Source of the DNA: Candidatus Multivoradales bacterium
Lineage (GTDB): Bacteria > Acidobacteriota > Thermoanaerobaculia > Multivoradales > J023
Direction: 5' to 3'
DNA: 64,000 nt
Assembly (NCBI GenBank): GCA_965248925.1
Contig: CBDFLE010000006.1
Span: 4,512,001-4,576,000 of the forward strand
The notes below the pieces were generated by a model, which did not search any database, was not told the DNA's origin, and saw only the letters and a list, made by a program, of their open reading frames with translations. This document shows, one piece after another, positions 29,663 to 37,947 of this stretch (positions are counted from its first letter, which is position 1; every line of letters begins with the position of its first letter). Made by a program: the position numbers and the translations under genes.

Positions 29663-31903
29663 TCAGGTGAACTGCCGGATCCACGTCGCCCAGAGGGGGT
29701 AGGCGACCTCTAGCCCAGCCGCGGTTTCGGCGATCAGGCGCTCTTCCTTGAGCGCCAGCACGGCTTGGCGGAACTCGTCGCCAAGAGGCATTCCTCGCGC
29801 CAAGCGGCGCAGCACTTCGCGGGCGTCTTCGTCACAGTCGCGGTCGAAGAGGTCGTGGAAGAGGGTCTGATCGTTGATCGCCAGGTCGAAGGCCGTTTGC
29901 AGGTCGCCATCGCTGGCTTGCAGCCGACCCACTTGGTTGAGGTGCTTGCAGAGTTGGTCGCAGACCAGCTGGATCAAGTACGGGTGACAACGGGTTTGTT
30001 CCAGGATCCGCTCGGCCCCGCCGGGTGGGTAGATGTCGGGAAAACCCACCATCGGCTCGGTGATCAGGCTGCGGGCCGCCGGCGGGTCGAGAACGTGGAT
30101 CCGCCGGGGAGTGATGCTGATCAGCCGGTCGGTCCAGTGTTGGCCAAGCCGATGGAGGGGTCTGGCCGAGACCAGCAGCAGGCGGATGCGGTCGAGCTGA
30201 TCGCTCGCGGCGCGCACGAAATCCAGGAAGTCGGTGTTGGCCCAACCTTCTTCGATGGCATCCTGCAGCCGCTCGACTTCATCGACCGCTACCAGCACTC
30301 GTTGGTCAGTGGCGGCGAGCTGCTGGTCGAGGGTGATCAGAGCTTCGAGGACCACTCCCCAACGTCCCGCCGGTACCAGCAGCTCGAAACCCAAATCGGC
30401 GATTACCTCGGCCACCCAACGGTCGGGGTGGTCGCGGTGTTGCGAGCCGCTGAGTCCTTGCATGCTCAGGACTCCGACCTGGGCGTTGGTGCCGAGGTGT
30501 CGGGGCAACATATTGAGCAGCGAAGACTTGCCCATCCGACGCTGGCCGGTGACCAGCAGCGCGCCGCGTCGTTCCCCGAGCAGGTCGTGGTCGATCAGGT
30601 GGACCAGATCCTGCCGGCCCTTGAACAGCTGCTGATCCGCTGCGTGCAGAACTTTTCCCGCGACGAAGGGAGTTGGCACTTGCGGCTTTTCTGCGATCTC
30701 ACGTTCGAGCCGCTGCTGTTCGTCTGTGACCACCCGCAGCCATGCCTCGGTGACGGATGGCGGTAGATTGCTGCCGTCGCTCACTGGTGTTCGAGAGCTA
30801 CCTCGCAGCGGCCGGAGGATGGCTTGCTCGGCACGATTCAACGCCTCTTTTCGACGGTGTTGGCTGCGGCTGACTTGTGCAGCTTCGAGATCTGCGGCCG
30901 CGTCACGGATGCTGAGGATCGGGTCTCTAGGGTGAATCTCGGCAGGCGGTGGCAGAAAAGGTAAGTCTAGGGCGGCCACCTCAGCGAAGGAGTGATGGCG
31001 TGCTGCCACGGTCAGGGTATCGGCTTGGGCTTGCAGCAGCGCGCGGCGGGCGACGGACTTCTGGCCAAGGGTGTCGGCTGCTCGGGTGATCAGCGCTTCG
31101 GCACCGGCGGGGTCCACGCGGGCCAACCGGACCAGGAAGCCCTGCAAGGCTGGGAGCGGAAAGTAGATGAAATCGTGGTGTAGGTATGGGAGTGCACGGC
31201 GAACGTCCCGGCCCTGGCGCTGCAACATCCGCAAGCCGAACATCCACAGGCTTTCAAAGAGATAGATCGGCAGCCGTAGATAGGTCGGTACGAAGGCGAC
31301 AAAGAAAGGGATCCCAGTAGTGAAGCCTGTTAGGATGCTCTCCTCAGCAACGCCGCCAGCAACGCCGAAAGCAACGCCGACAGCAACGCCGCCAGCAACG
31401 CCGCCAGCAACGCCGCCAGCAACGCCGCCAGCAACGCCGCCAGCAACGCCGAAAGCAACGCCGACAGCAACGCCGCCAGCAACGCCGCCAGCAACGCCGC
31501 CAGCAACGCCGACAGCAACGCCGACAGCAACGCCGACAGCAACGCCGAAAGCAACGCCGCCAGCAACGCCGAAAGCAACGCCGCCAGCAACGCCGACAGC
31601 AACGCCGCCAGCAACGCCGACAGCAACCTTTCCGAACTCGATCTCGAACCCCAGGCCCTTTAGCAAGAGCGAGCTGAAGACCGCGAGTGCAGGTCCCACC
31701 GCGAGCAGAATGAAGAGATATCTAGCAAATAGCACTGCCGCCATCTGCTGACCCGATCGCCAGCTCCGGAGTAGCTTCCATCCTGATATATCCGGATCGA
31801 TCTTGAGATCGCGGAGCAGCCGATGGAGTTGCAGTGGCTGCATGAAGAAGAGCCAGGTGAACCGCCAATAACCTGGCAACATTGGGTCTTTCAGCTCAGG
31901 CAT
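29663..31903 (-). CDS. membrane-anchored STAND-like P-loop ATPase with VAxG-repeat TM region
   Basis: PF.AG...FKGR, Walker A GQRRMGKS, Walker B VAVDE, HPYLIQ (GxP-like) motif; hydrophobic N-terminus; ATG 31903 overlaps the upstream stop. Confidence 0.8.
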   Translation of the reverse strand: MPELKDPMLPGYWRFTWLFFMQPLQLHRLLRDLKIDPDISGWKLLRSWRSGQQMAAVLFARYLFILLAVGPALAVFSSLLLKGLGFEIEFGKVAVGVAGGVAVGVAGGVAFGVAGGVAFGVAVGVAVGVAVGVAGGVAGGVAGGVAVGVAFGVAGGVAGGVAGGVAGGVAGGVAVGVAFGVAGGVAEESILTGFTTGIPFFVAFVPTYLRLPIYLFESLWMFGLRMLQRQGRDVRRALPYLHHDFIYFPLPALQGFLVRLARVDPAGAEALITRAADTLGQKSVARRALLQAQADTLTVAARHHSFAEVAALDLPFLPPPAEIHPRDPILSIRDAAADLEAAQVSRSQHRRKEALNRAEQAILRPLRGSSRTPVSDGSNLPPSVTEAWLRVVTDEQQRLEREIAEKPQVPTPFVAGKVLHAADQQLFKGRQDLVHLIDHDLLGERRGALLVTGQRRMGKSSLLNMLPRHLGTNAQVGVLSMQGLSGSQHRDHPDRWVAEVIADLGFELLVPAGRWGVVLEALITLDQQLAATDQRVLVAVDEVERLQDAIEEGWANTDFLDFVRAASDQLDRIRLLLVSARPLHRLGQHWTDRLISITPRRIHVLDPPAARSLITEPMVGFPDIYPPGGAERILEQTRCHPYLIQLVCDQLCKHLNQVGRLQASDGDLQTAFDLAINDQTLFHDLFDRDCDEDAREVLRRLARGMPLGDEFRQAVLALKEERLIAETAAGLEVAYPLWATWIRQFT
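31346..31627 (-). repeat. coding 12-bp tandem repeat, 23.5 units (GTT GCT [GGC/GTC/TTC] GGC = V-A-[G/V/F]-G)
   Basis: directly visible as cagcaacgccgc-type units on the + strand. Confidence 0.97.
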
Positions 31904-33293
31904 CGACCACGTATCTCCTCCAAGATTCGCCAACTATGCGGTAGCTGGCGTCGATTTGCACCAGCAAGCCCCGGCTGGCGAGTTCCACCGCCAGACGCCG
32001 GGGTGGACCGCTGAGGCTTGCCTTTCCGAGGCCCCCTGCGGCGCGACGTAGCAGCTCCTGCTCGGCTTCGCTGCAGTGCGACCACCAGCTCTCGTAGTGG
32101 GGCCACATGAGTTGGTCGAGGTCGTCCTGGAGGTTCTCTAACGGGGTGCCTCGCCAAAGCAAGTCGCCGGCGCCTTGCAGTGCTTGCGGGAAGCCCCCTG
32201 CCTGCTCTCGAACTAACGCCGAGGCTTCTCGGTCCATCCCAAGGGCCAGCAGGTTGGCTGCCGTGCTGCTGTCGAGCTGACCGACCCACACCTTGGTGGC
32301 GTCGTTTAGAAAGGCCGAAGTCCGGCCGCTATGGCGGAAAGCCTGATGAAGATCTTGGTGGGCGACGCTGATCCAGATCAACTGGCCTTTCTGGCCCAAG
32401 GTTCGTAGCTGGTCGAGAACACCGTCGTCGAAACGGTACTTCGGCGCGGTGAGTGCCGTCGCCTCATCAACCAGTAGAACAGCGCTACCGAGCAGCTCAA
32501 GTTGCCTTTCGATCGAGCGGCCACGCAGCTCCTTGATGACCTCGTCACGGCCCAGCTGCTTCGCGGCTGTCTTGACGAACTCTTCGGCCGAACGACCGGC
32601 CAGACCCTGGGCGTTGAGTCGCGCCACCGGGCGGTCTTGCCACAGGGGGGCATGCCGCTCAGCCCAGGCTAGGAGGGAGGTCTTGCCCATCCGGTGCTCG
32701 CCCAAGATCTGCAACGACTGCCCCTGACGCAGAGCTTGCTCGATTTGGCGGCACCCGGCATCGCGGCCGAAGAAGTCGTCGTCGTGGACTATCGGTGGTC
32801 CAACGATAAAGGGTGAGCACTCCATAGCCGCGGCTTGTGGTGGCTCGCCCACCTTGCCGATGAAACGCTTGCGGAGGTGCGGATAGTCGGCCAGCAGCTG
32901 GCATAGCTCGGTGGCTCCCCAGCTCGGAACAATCTCGAGGCGTCCACCAGCCCGCTGGCGCAAGGCTCTGTCGGTGCGGTCAGAAATGTCGCAGGTGGCG
33001 ACCAGCTGATAGCGGTCGGCGGCAGGCTCAGGAGAGTCGATGACAACTTTGTCCAGCTCAGCCTTCGCAGCTGTCGGGCCAAAGTCCCGCACTCGCTTGC
33101 ATTGGGTGATGCATTGTCGACCTTCGGGGTCGATGCTGCTCAGGTCGACTCCACGGTCGTGGCCGCCAGCGCCGGTGTGGCGGACTCGGGTATGACCCTC
33201 GGCACGCAGCAGTGCGAAGCAGAATTGCTCGAAATACTTTGGCTCCAGGCTTTGCAGCCGGAAGAGAATCCACTGCTGGTCACTCTCAGGCAT
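31896..33293 (-). CDS. Mrr-type PD-(D/E)XK nuclease fused to a STAND-like ATPase
   Basis: FEQF...L, D.GVD, QCKR (Mrr_cat pattern); SPF..GPP...FFGR, GEHRMGKT, LLVDE, GGFP motifs. Confidence 0.82.
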   Translation of the reverse strand: MPESDQQWILFRLQSLEPKYFEQFCFALLRAEGHTRVRHTGAGGHDRGVDLSSIDPEGRQCITQCKRVRDFGPTAAKAELDKVVIDSPEPAADRYQLVATCDISDRTDRALRQRAGGRLEIVPSWGATELCQLLADYPHLRKRFIGKVGEPPQAAAMECSPFIVGPPIVHDDDFFGRDAGCRQIEQALRQGQSLQILGEHRMGKTSLLAWAERHAPLWQDRPVARLNAQGLAGRSAEEFVKTAAKQLGRDEVIKELRGRSIERQLELLGSAVLLVDEATALTAPKYRFDDGVLDQLRTLGQKGQLIWISVAHQDLHQAFRHSGRTSAFLNDATKVWVGQLDSSTAANLLALGMDREASALVREQAGGFPQALQGAGDLLWRGTPLENLQDDLDQLMWPHYESWWSHCSEAEQELLRRAAGGLGKASLSGPPRRLAVELASRGLLVQIDASYRIVGESWRRYVVDA

Positions 33294-33511
33294 CCGCTCT
33301 CCCCAGGGAGATTCAACACACGCTCGGAAATGGGTCAGCGCGAGGTTATCAAAATGCGGAGCCGAAGGTGCCGAGTGGTCCTGGCGAGGGCAGTTCAGTG
33401 AGTTCGATCAGTCCTTGAAGGCGATTGATAGTCCAAGGTGATTTTCTTGATCATTTTCGGTGCTCATCAGCGACATGCTGGCGCCGCCCGGATCGGCGAC
33501 GCCATTCAATA

Positions 33512-34951
33512 TTACTGCGGCGGTCCTGGCCAGGTCATGAAGTAGCCGTCGGTCCAGATCACGTCACGGTGGAATTCGTCCGGGGTGAATGCACTGATCG
33601 TATAGCGGTGGCCGGAGAATTTGCCGTCTTTGCCGGTCGCGCGAATACCAGCGACACTACGGTTGCTGGCGAAGCGGGTGTCGAGGCAGAACTGGTAGTC
33701 GTTTCCCCATGGGTCGCTCCGCGGTAGCTCGGGCAGGCTGTTGGGAACCAACAGTGATTGCAAAGCCTGGTAGCTGATCGACGGACAGGCGTTCCAATCG
33801 GTGGTGGTTTCCTCTTCTTCGTCGGGGGCGGTCAGCTTGCCAGCCGGTTGGTGAGTAGTTAGCCAAGTGAGCATCACTCTGCCGGTCGTTCGAAGGTCGG
33901 CGATCGTCTGTGCTTGCTTTAAGCGATCTTGCTCTAATTCGCTGAGCTCAGGCTCGCTGTTACTTGCGCTGCCGGAGCCGGCTGCTGGCAGCGCGTCGGT
34001 AAGGCTGAACACGGCGAGGATTGCCAACACGTCGGCGGCGAGGAAGGCACGTTTGGGCGAGGGGGGGAGGTAATTCGAGATCATCTGGATCCTTCTTTCG
34101 AGGGTTTGTTTGGAGGAGATCCCCAACGCAGAGGCCGGTAGGGGATTCTGGGTGCTCAAGCGGAGCAAGGTTTGACCGTAGCGCGGCCGCTCAGCATGCT
34201 CGAGTTGACGCAGAACGGCGGCGTCGCAAGCGAGTTCACAATCGTCAGCGAAGCGGCGCACGGCCCAATGCAACAGCGGGTTAAACCAGTGGATAGCGGC
34301 CAGCCAACCGGCTAGCTGCAAGCTCAAGGGATCGCGCCGGTGAAGATGAGCCAGCTCGTGTAGCAGAACGTGGTGGATTTCTTCGTCGCTCAGGCCCTGG
34401 CCGAAACCTGGTGGCAGGACCACTCGTGGCCGCAGAACTCCGCAGGCCACCGGGCCACCCAGACCGGCGGCTTCGATCAGCTTGACTCTGCCGCTGCTCC
34501 TCAGAGTGCCTTGGCAGGTGGCGAAAATCGAAGCCACGCGGCCCTCGCGGAGCGTCCGTCCTCGGCGCAGAGCGAGCCGCAAGCCTCGGCTAGCCCACAG
34601 ACGACGGCCGGCGAGGATCAAGAAGCTCACCGTCCACAGGCCGACAACCCACGCCATCGGGGAGATTTCTTGAGCCGGCTGCGCCGCTACTCCAGTGGTG
34701 ATGGGTACCGGCGCCGAAAGAGCCGGCAGGGCGGCCATCGGTGAATAATCGCTGGTGAGTTGGAAGAGGCTCCAGGGGCTGGCCGGCAGGGATGGGAGCA
34801 GCAGGCGTAGGAACACCAACGACCACAGGCCATGCCGCCAGGCCGCCGGCAGGTGAGACCTGAGCAGGTGCTGGCTACCTAAGACCAAGATAACAACGGC
34901 GGTTGCCTCGGCTGAAGGCCACAGGACGAGGTCGGGCAGAAGATGGGTCAT
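33512..34951 (-). CDS. BlaR1/M56 family membrane protease-sensor with a GspG-like C-terminal domain
   Basis: LHELAH...D, WFNPL, ELACDA, LERRI motifs; C-terminus resembles the 54068 protein. Confidence 0.85.
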   Translation of the reverse strand: MTHLLPDLVLWPSAEATAVVILVLGSQHLLRSHLPAAWRHGLWSLVFLRLLLPSLPASPWSLFQLTSDYSPMAALPALSAPVPITTGVAAQPAQEISPMAWVVGLWTVSFLILAGRRLWASRGLRLALRRGRTLREGRVASIFATCQGTLRSSGRVKLIEAAGLGGPVACGVLRPRVVLPPGFGQGLSDEEIHHVLLHELAHLHRRDPLSLQLAGWLAAIHWFNPLLHWAVRRFADDCELACDAAVLRQLEHAERPRYGQTLLRLSTQNPLPASALGISSKQTLERRIQMISNYLPPSPKRAFLAADVLAILAVFSLTDALPAAGSGSASNSEPELSELEQDRLKQAQTIADLRTTGRVMLTWLTTHQPAGKLTAPDEEEETTTDWNACPSISYQALQSLLVPNSLPELPRSDPWGNDYQFCLDTRFASNRSVAGIRATGKDGKFSGHRYTISAFTPDEFHRDVIWTDGYFMTWPGPPQ

Positions 34952-35349
34952 TGGTCTCGACTTCTGCCTTGGCCGCGGCTATCGCTGCTTTCGAGCAGGC
35001 GATGGAGCTTGGCGATTTGCTCTTCACTGAGTTCAACCTCCTGCGCGAAATGGGCCAGCAGCGAAGCGCCGTCGCCGCGAAAAACCCGGCGCAAGAAAGA
35101 GCGGCTCTCGTGTCGAATGATCTCGCTGCGCCGCACCGCCGGCCGGTAGAGATAGCGCGCGCCGTCTTCCTGATAGGTCACGAAGCCCTTCTTGACCAGC
35201 CGGCCCAACAGGGTCTTGATGGTCTTCGGCCGCCAATCGGTGAGCCCGCAGAGCCGTTCGACCACCTCGCTCGAGGAAGTGGGCGACCGGTCCCAAAGAA
35301 CGTTCATGACTTGCCATTCGGCATCGGAGATCTTGGGGTTGTCGGCCAT
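34948..35349 (-). CDS. blaI: BlaI/MecI/CopY family repressor
   Basis: ISDAEWQVM.VLW, TIKTLL.RLVKKG motifs; overlaps the M56 gene. Confidence 0.92.
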   Translation of the reverse strand: MADNPKISDAEWQVMNVLWDRSPTSSSEVVERLCGLTDWRPKTIKTLLGRLVKKGFVTYQEDGARYLYRPAVRRSEIIRHESRSFLRRVFRGDGASLLAHFAQEVELSEEQIAKLHRLLESSDSRGQGRSRDQ

Positions 35350-35376
35350 GTAGGTACCTTGTGAATGAATGCTTGA

Positions 35377-35409
35377 TTACGACTGTAGTCAGTTTGACTA
35401 CAAACGTAA
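35377..35409. promoter_or_regulatory. BlaI/CopY-type double operator
   Basis: inverted repeat TTACGACTGTAGTCA-gtt-TGACTACAAACGTAA made of two TACnnnnGTA boxes upstream of blaI. Confidence 0.7.
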
Positions 35410-35547
35410 GCGAAGTCAAGAAGAGACTGCCCTCGCCTGGACCCGTGGGGAGTTGCTGGTTGCCGGCCAATGCTGGTTCGAGTCGCGATAGGATCAGGGA
35501 CGCTTAGATCTACAGCTTGCTGGCTCACTAACCGAGACCTCAACCCC

Positions 35548-37815
35548 GTGACATTTTCGTCGAGATATCCCCTGCTGCTCCTGCCATTCCTCGCCCTGGC
35601 CTGTGGGCCACCGACCGAGGAACGGGTGGTCTACGATCTAGTCGCCGATTTGTCAGCCGCCGAGGTACTGGTGGAACCGACTCGGTTGGAGCTGGGTGGG
35701 CCGGCGGCGCGAGCCTATTTCCGGGGTGGCTTTTCTCGCGGTGCGGTCGATGCCACCGACAACATGCCCTACGTCTGGGGGCTGGGCGAAGCCTCTGAGA
35801 TGCGTATTCCCTTAGTGGCGAAGCGTGATCTGAGCCTCACGTTCGAGGTCAAGCCGCTGGATTGGGAGGTCGCCCCGGCGCAGCACATCAAGGTGCTGCT
35901 CAATGGTGTCGAGGTCGACGATCTGGAGTTCTGGCCCGGTCGGCGTGAGCATTCGGTGGTGCTGCCGGCGGCGGCACAGCGGTTGGGCGAGAATGTGCTG
36001 CGCTTCGAATATCGTTGGAGCCGGTCGCCGCGGGAGTTGTTTCCGGGCAATTCCGACAATCGGCAGCTGGCGGTGGCTTGGTATTGGCTGCGGCTGGGGG
36101 ATCGCGGGGAGGCCGAGGTGCCGCGGGGTGAGGATGAGCTGCTGGTGCTGCCGGTGGGTTCGCAAATCGACTATCACCTGATGTTGCCAGCCGCGGCCGA
36201 GCTGTACGCACAGTCGTGGGCGGTTCGCGGTGGGCAGGATGCGCGGCTGGAAGTAGCGGTAGAGGAAGCCGACGGCGCGCGGACGGAGCGACGTCCTGAG
36301 ATCGGGTCCGGGCCGTTGCGGCTGCCGCTGGCGATCAGCAAGTCCAAGACATCGCGCCTGGTGCGCTTGTCGCTGCGGGCGGTGCCGGGAACCGCCGGTG
36401 AGGCCGCGGCGGTGGTCCTGCGGCAGCCACGGATCCTTGCCCAAATGGTGATCGAGGATAAATCGCCGGTGGCAGCCGGCGCCGAAACGGTGGTAGGCGC
36501 AAGCACCAACGGCGAGCGCCGCCCTGATCTGCTGGTCTACCTGATCGATACTCTGCGCGCTGACTATCTGGGGGTCTATGGGCAAGAACGCGATCTCAGT
36601 CCGAGGATCGACGCCTTTGCCGCTGGCGCCACGGTTTTCGCCAATGCCCAAGCACAGTCGTCGTGGACGCGCTCTTCGGTGGCCTCGATCTTCACCGGTC
36701 TGTGGCCGCTGGCTCACGGCGCCAATCGGCGTACTGACAAGCTCAGTTCCGAGGCGCTCACCCTGGCCGAGTTGCTCGGTGCGGCGGGTTATCGCACTGC
36801 TGCGTTCGTGACCAACCCCAACGTCACTCCGACTTTTGGCTTCGATCAAGGTTTCGATCATTTCGAGTATCTGGGTGAGGCGGCTACCGCCTCAGAGGTC
36901 AGCGAGCAAGTGTTGCAGTGGCTCGACGATTCGAACGCTGGTGGTGAGTCTGGTGCTGAGGAAGACCGGCCCCTACTGCTCTATGTACACACCATCGATC
37001 CGCACACTCCTTACGTGCCGGCAGCGGAGTTGCGACGGCGCTTCGCACCTGGCATCTCGGCGGCGGCGGCACGGCGCTCTTCGCAAACGGTCAACGATTT
37101 GCAGGCCGGCCGTCGGCCGGTGACCCCCGAGGCACTGACCGAGTTAACCAGCCTCTATGCCGCCGAGGTTGCCGCTGCCGATGCCGGATTTGGCGAGCTG
37201 CTCGACGGTCTAGAGGGCCGTGATCGTCTTCGCCACACCGCGGTAGTGATGCTGTCGGACCACGGCGAAGAATTCTACGAGCATGGCAACTTCGAGCACG
37301 GCAAGGCTCTCCATGTGGAGTCCTTGCGGGTACCGTTGATTATCCGCTTGCCGGCGCAGACCGTGGGCCAGCGCTGCTCAGAGATGGTGCAACATATCGA
37401 TCTGCTACCGACTTTGCTCGAGCTGGCGGTGGCCAGCGGGCCGGGGGGGCTTGGGGGGCGCAGTCTGGTGTCGTTGCTCGACGGCGGCGGCAATGCTAGC
37501 GATGGATCCCTCGGCGAGCGCCCTCACCATGCCTACCTGCACCTTGATGGGCCCGCGCGGGTGGCGATCCTCGAGGGCGGCTACAAGGCCATTCATCGGG
37601 TTCAGGATGGGCGGCTAATATGGCCTCGCTTGTTCGATCTCGCGGCGGACCCCGAGGAACTTGCCGAGCTGGAGGGCGAACGGCCGTTGCGCCTCGGCTA
37701 TATGGCGGCCCAGACGCGGGCTCGCTTGGCGCGCCCTGGCGGGCTATCGGCTGAGCGGGCGGACCTCGATGAGGAGCTGCGCGACAGTCTGCGCGCCCTC
37801 GGCTATTTGGATTGA
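35548..37815 (+). CDS. lipoprotein sulfatase-like hydrolase
   Basis: lipobox LALAC; IDTLRAD, SSWTRSS (Ser-type), DPH.PY, SDHGEE, LRALGY end. Confidence 0.85.
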   Translation: MTFSSRYPLLLLPFLALACGPPTEERVVYDLVADLSAAEVLVEPTRLELGGPAARAYFRGGFSRGAVDATDNMPYVWGLGEASEMRIPLVAKRDLSLTFEVKPLDWEVAPAQHIKVLLNGVEVDDLEFWPGRREHSVVLPAAAQRLGENVLRFEYRWSRSPRELFPGNSDNRQLAVAWYWLRLGDRGEAEVPRGEDELLVLPVGSQIDYHLMLPAAAELYAQSWAVRGGQDARLEVAVEEADGARTERRPEIGSGPLRLPLAISKSKTSRLVRLSLRAVPGTAGEAAAVVLRQPRILAQMVIEDKSPVAAGAETVVGASTNGERRPDLLVYLIDTLRADYLGVYGQERDLSPRIDAFAAGATVFANAQAQSSWTRSSVASIFTGLWPLAHGANRRTDKLSSEALTLAELLGAAGYRTAAFVTNPNVTPTFGFDQGFDHFEYLGEAATASEVSEQVLQWLDDSNAGGESGAEEDRPLLLYVHTIDPHTPYVPAAELRRRFAPGISAAAARRSSQTVNDLQAGRRPVTPEALTELTSLYAAEVAAADAGFGELLDGLEGRDRLRHTAVVMLSDHGEEFYEHGNFEHGKALHVESLRVPLIIRLPAQTVGQRCSEMVQHIDLLPTLLELAVASGPGGLGGRSLVSLLDGGGNASDGSLGERPHHAYLHLDGPARVAILEGGYKAIHRVQDGRLIWPRLFDLAADPEELAELEGERPLRLGYMAAQTRARLARPGGLSAERADLDEELRDSLRALGYLD

Positions 37816-37947
37816 GCGAAGGGCGCTGCTAGCTGCATGACTAGCAGGGGATCTACAGCGCGATAAGATGCACCGTGGATTCTGATTTCAAGCCACGTTA
37901 CGACAGGCCCGGGGCGGTGGGGAGTAGCGACTTGGGAGGACAGCCTA

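Noticed and set aside
31320-31751. 12-bp array as a CRISPR array, or the alternative-frame ORFs (TPPA and LLAA repeats) as genes
   Set aside because: There are no unique spacers or cas genes; the other frames are open only because the repeat unit lacks stop codons
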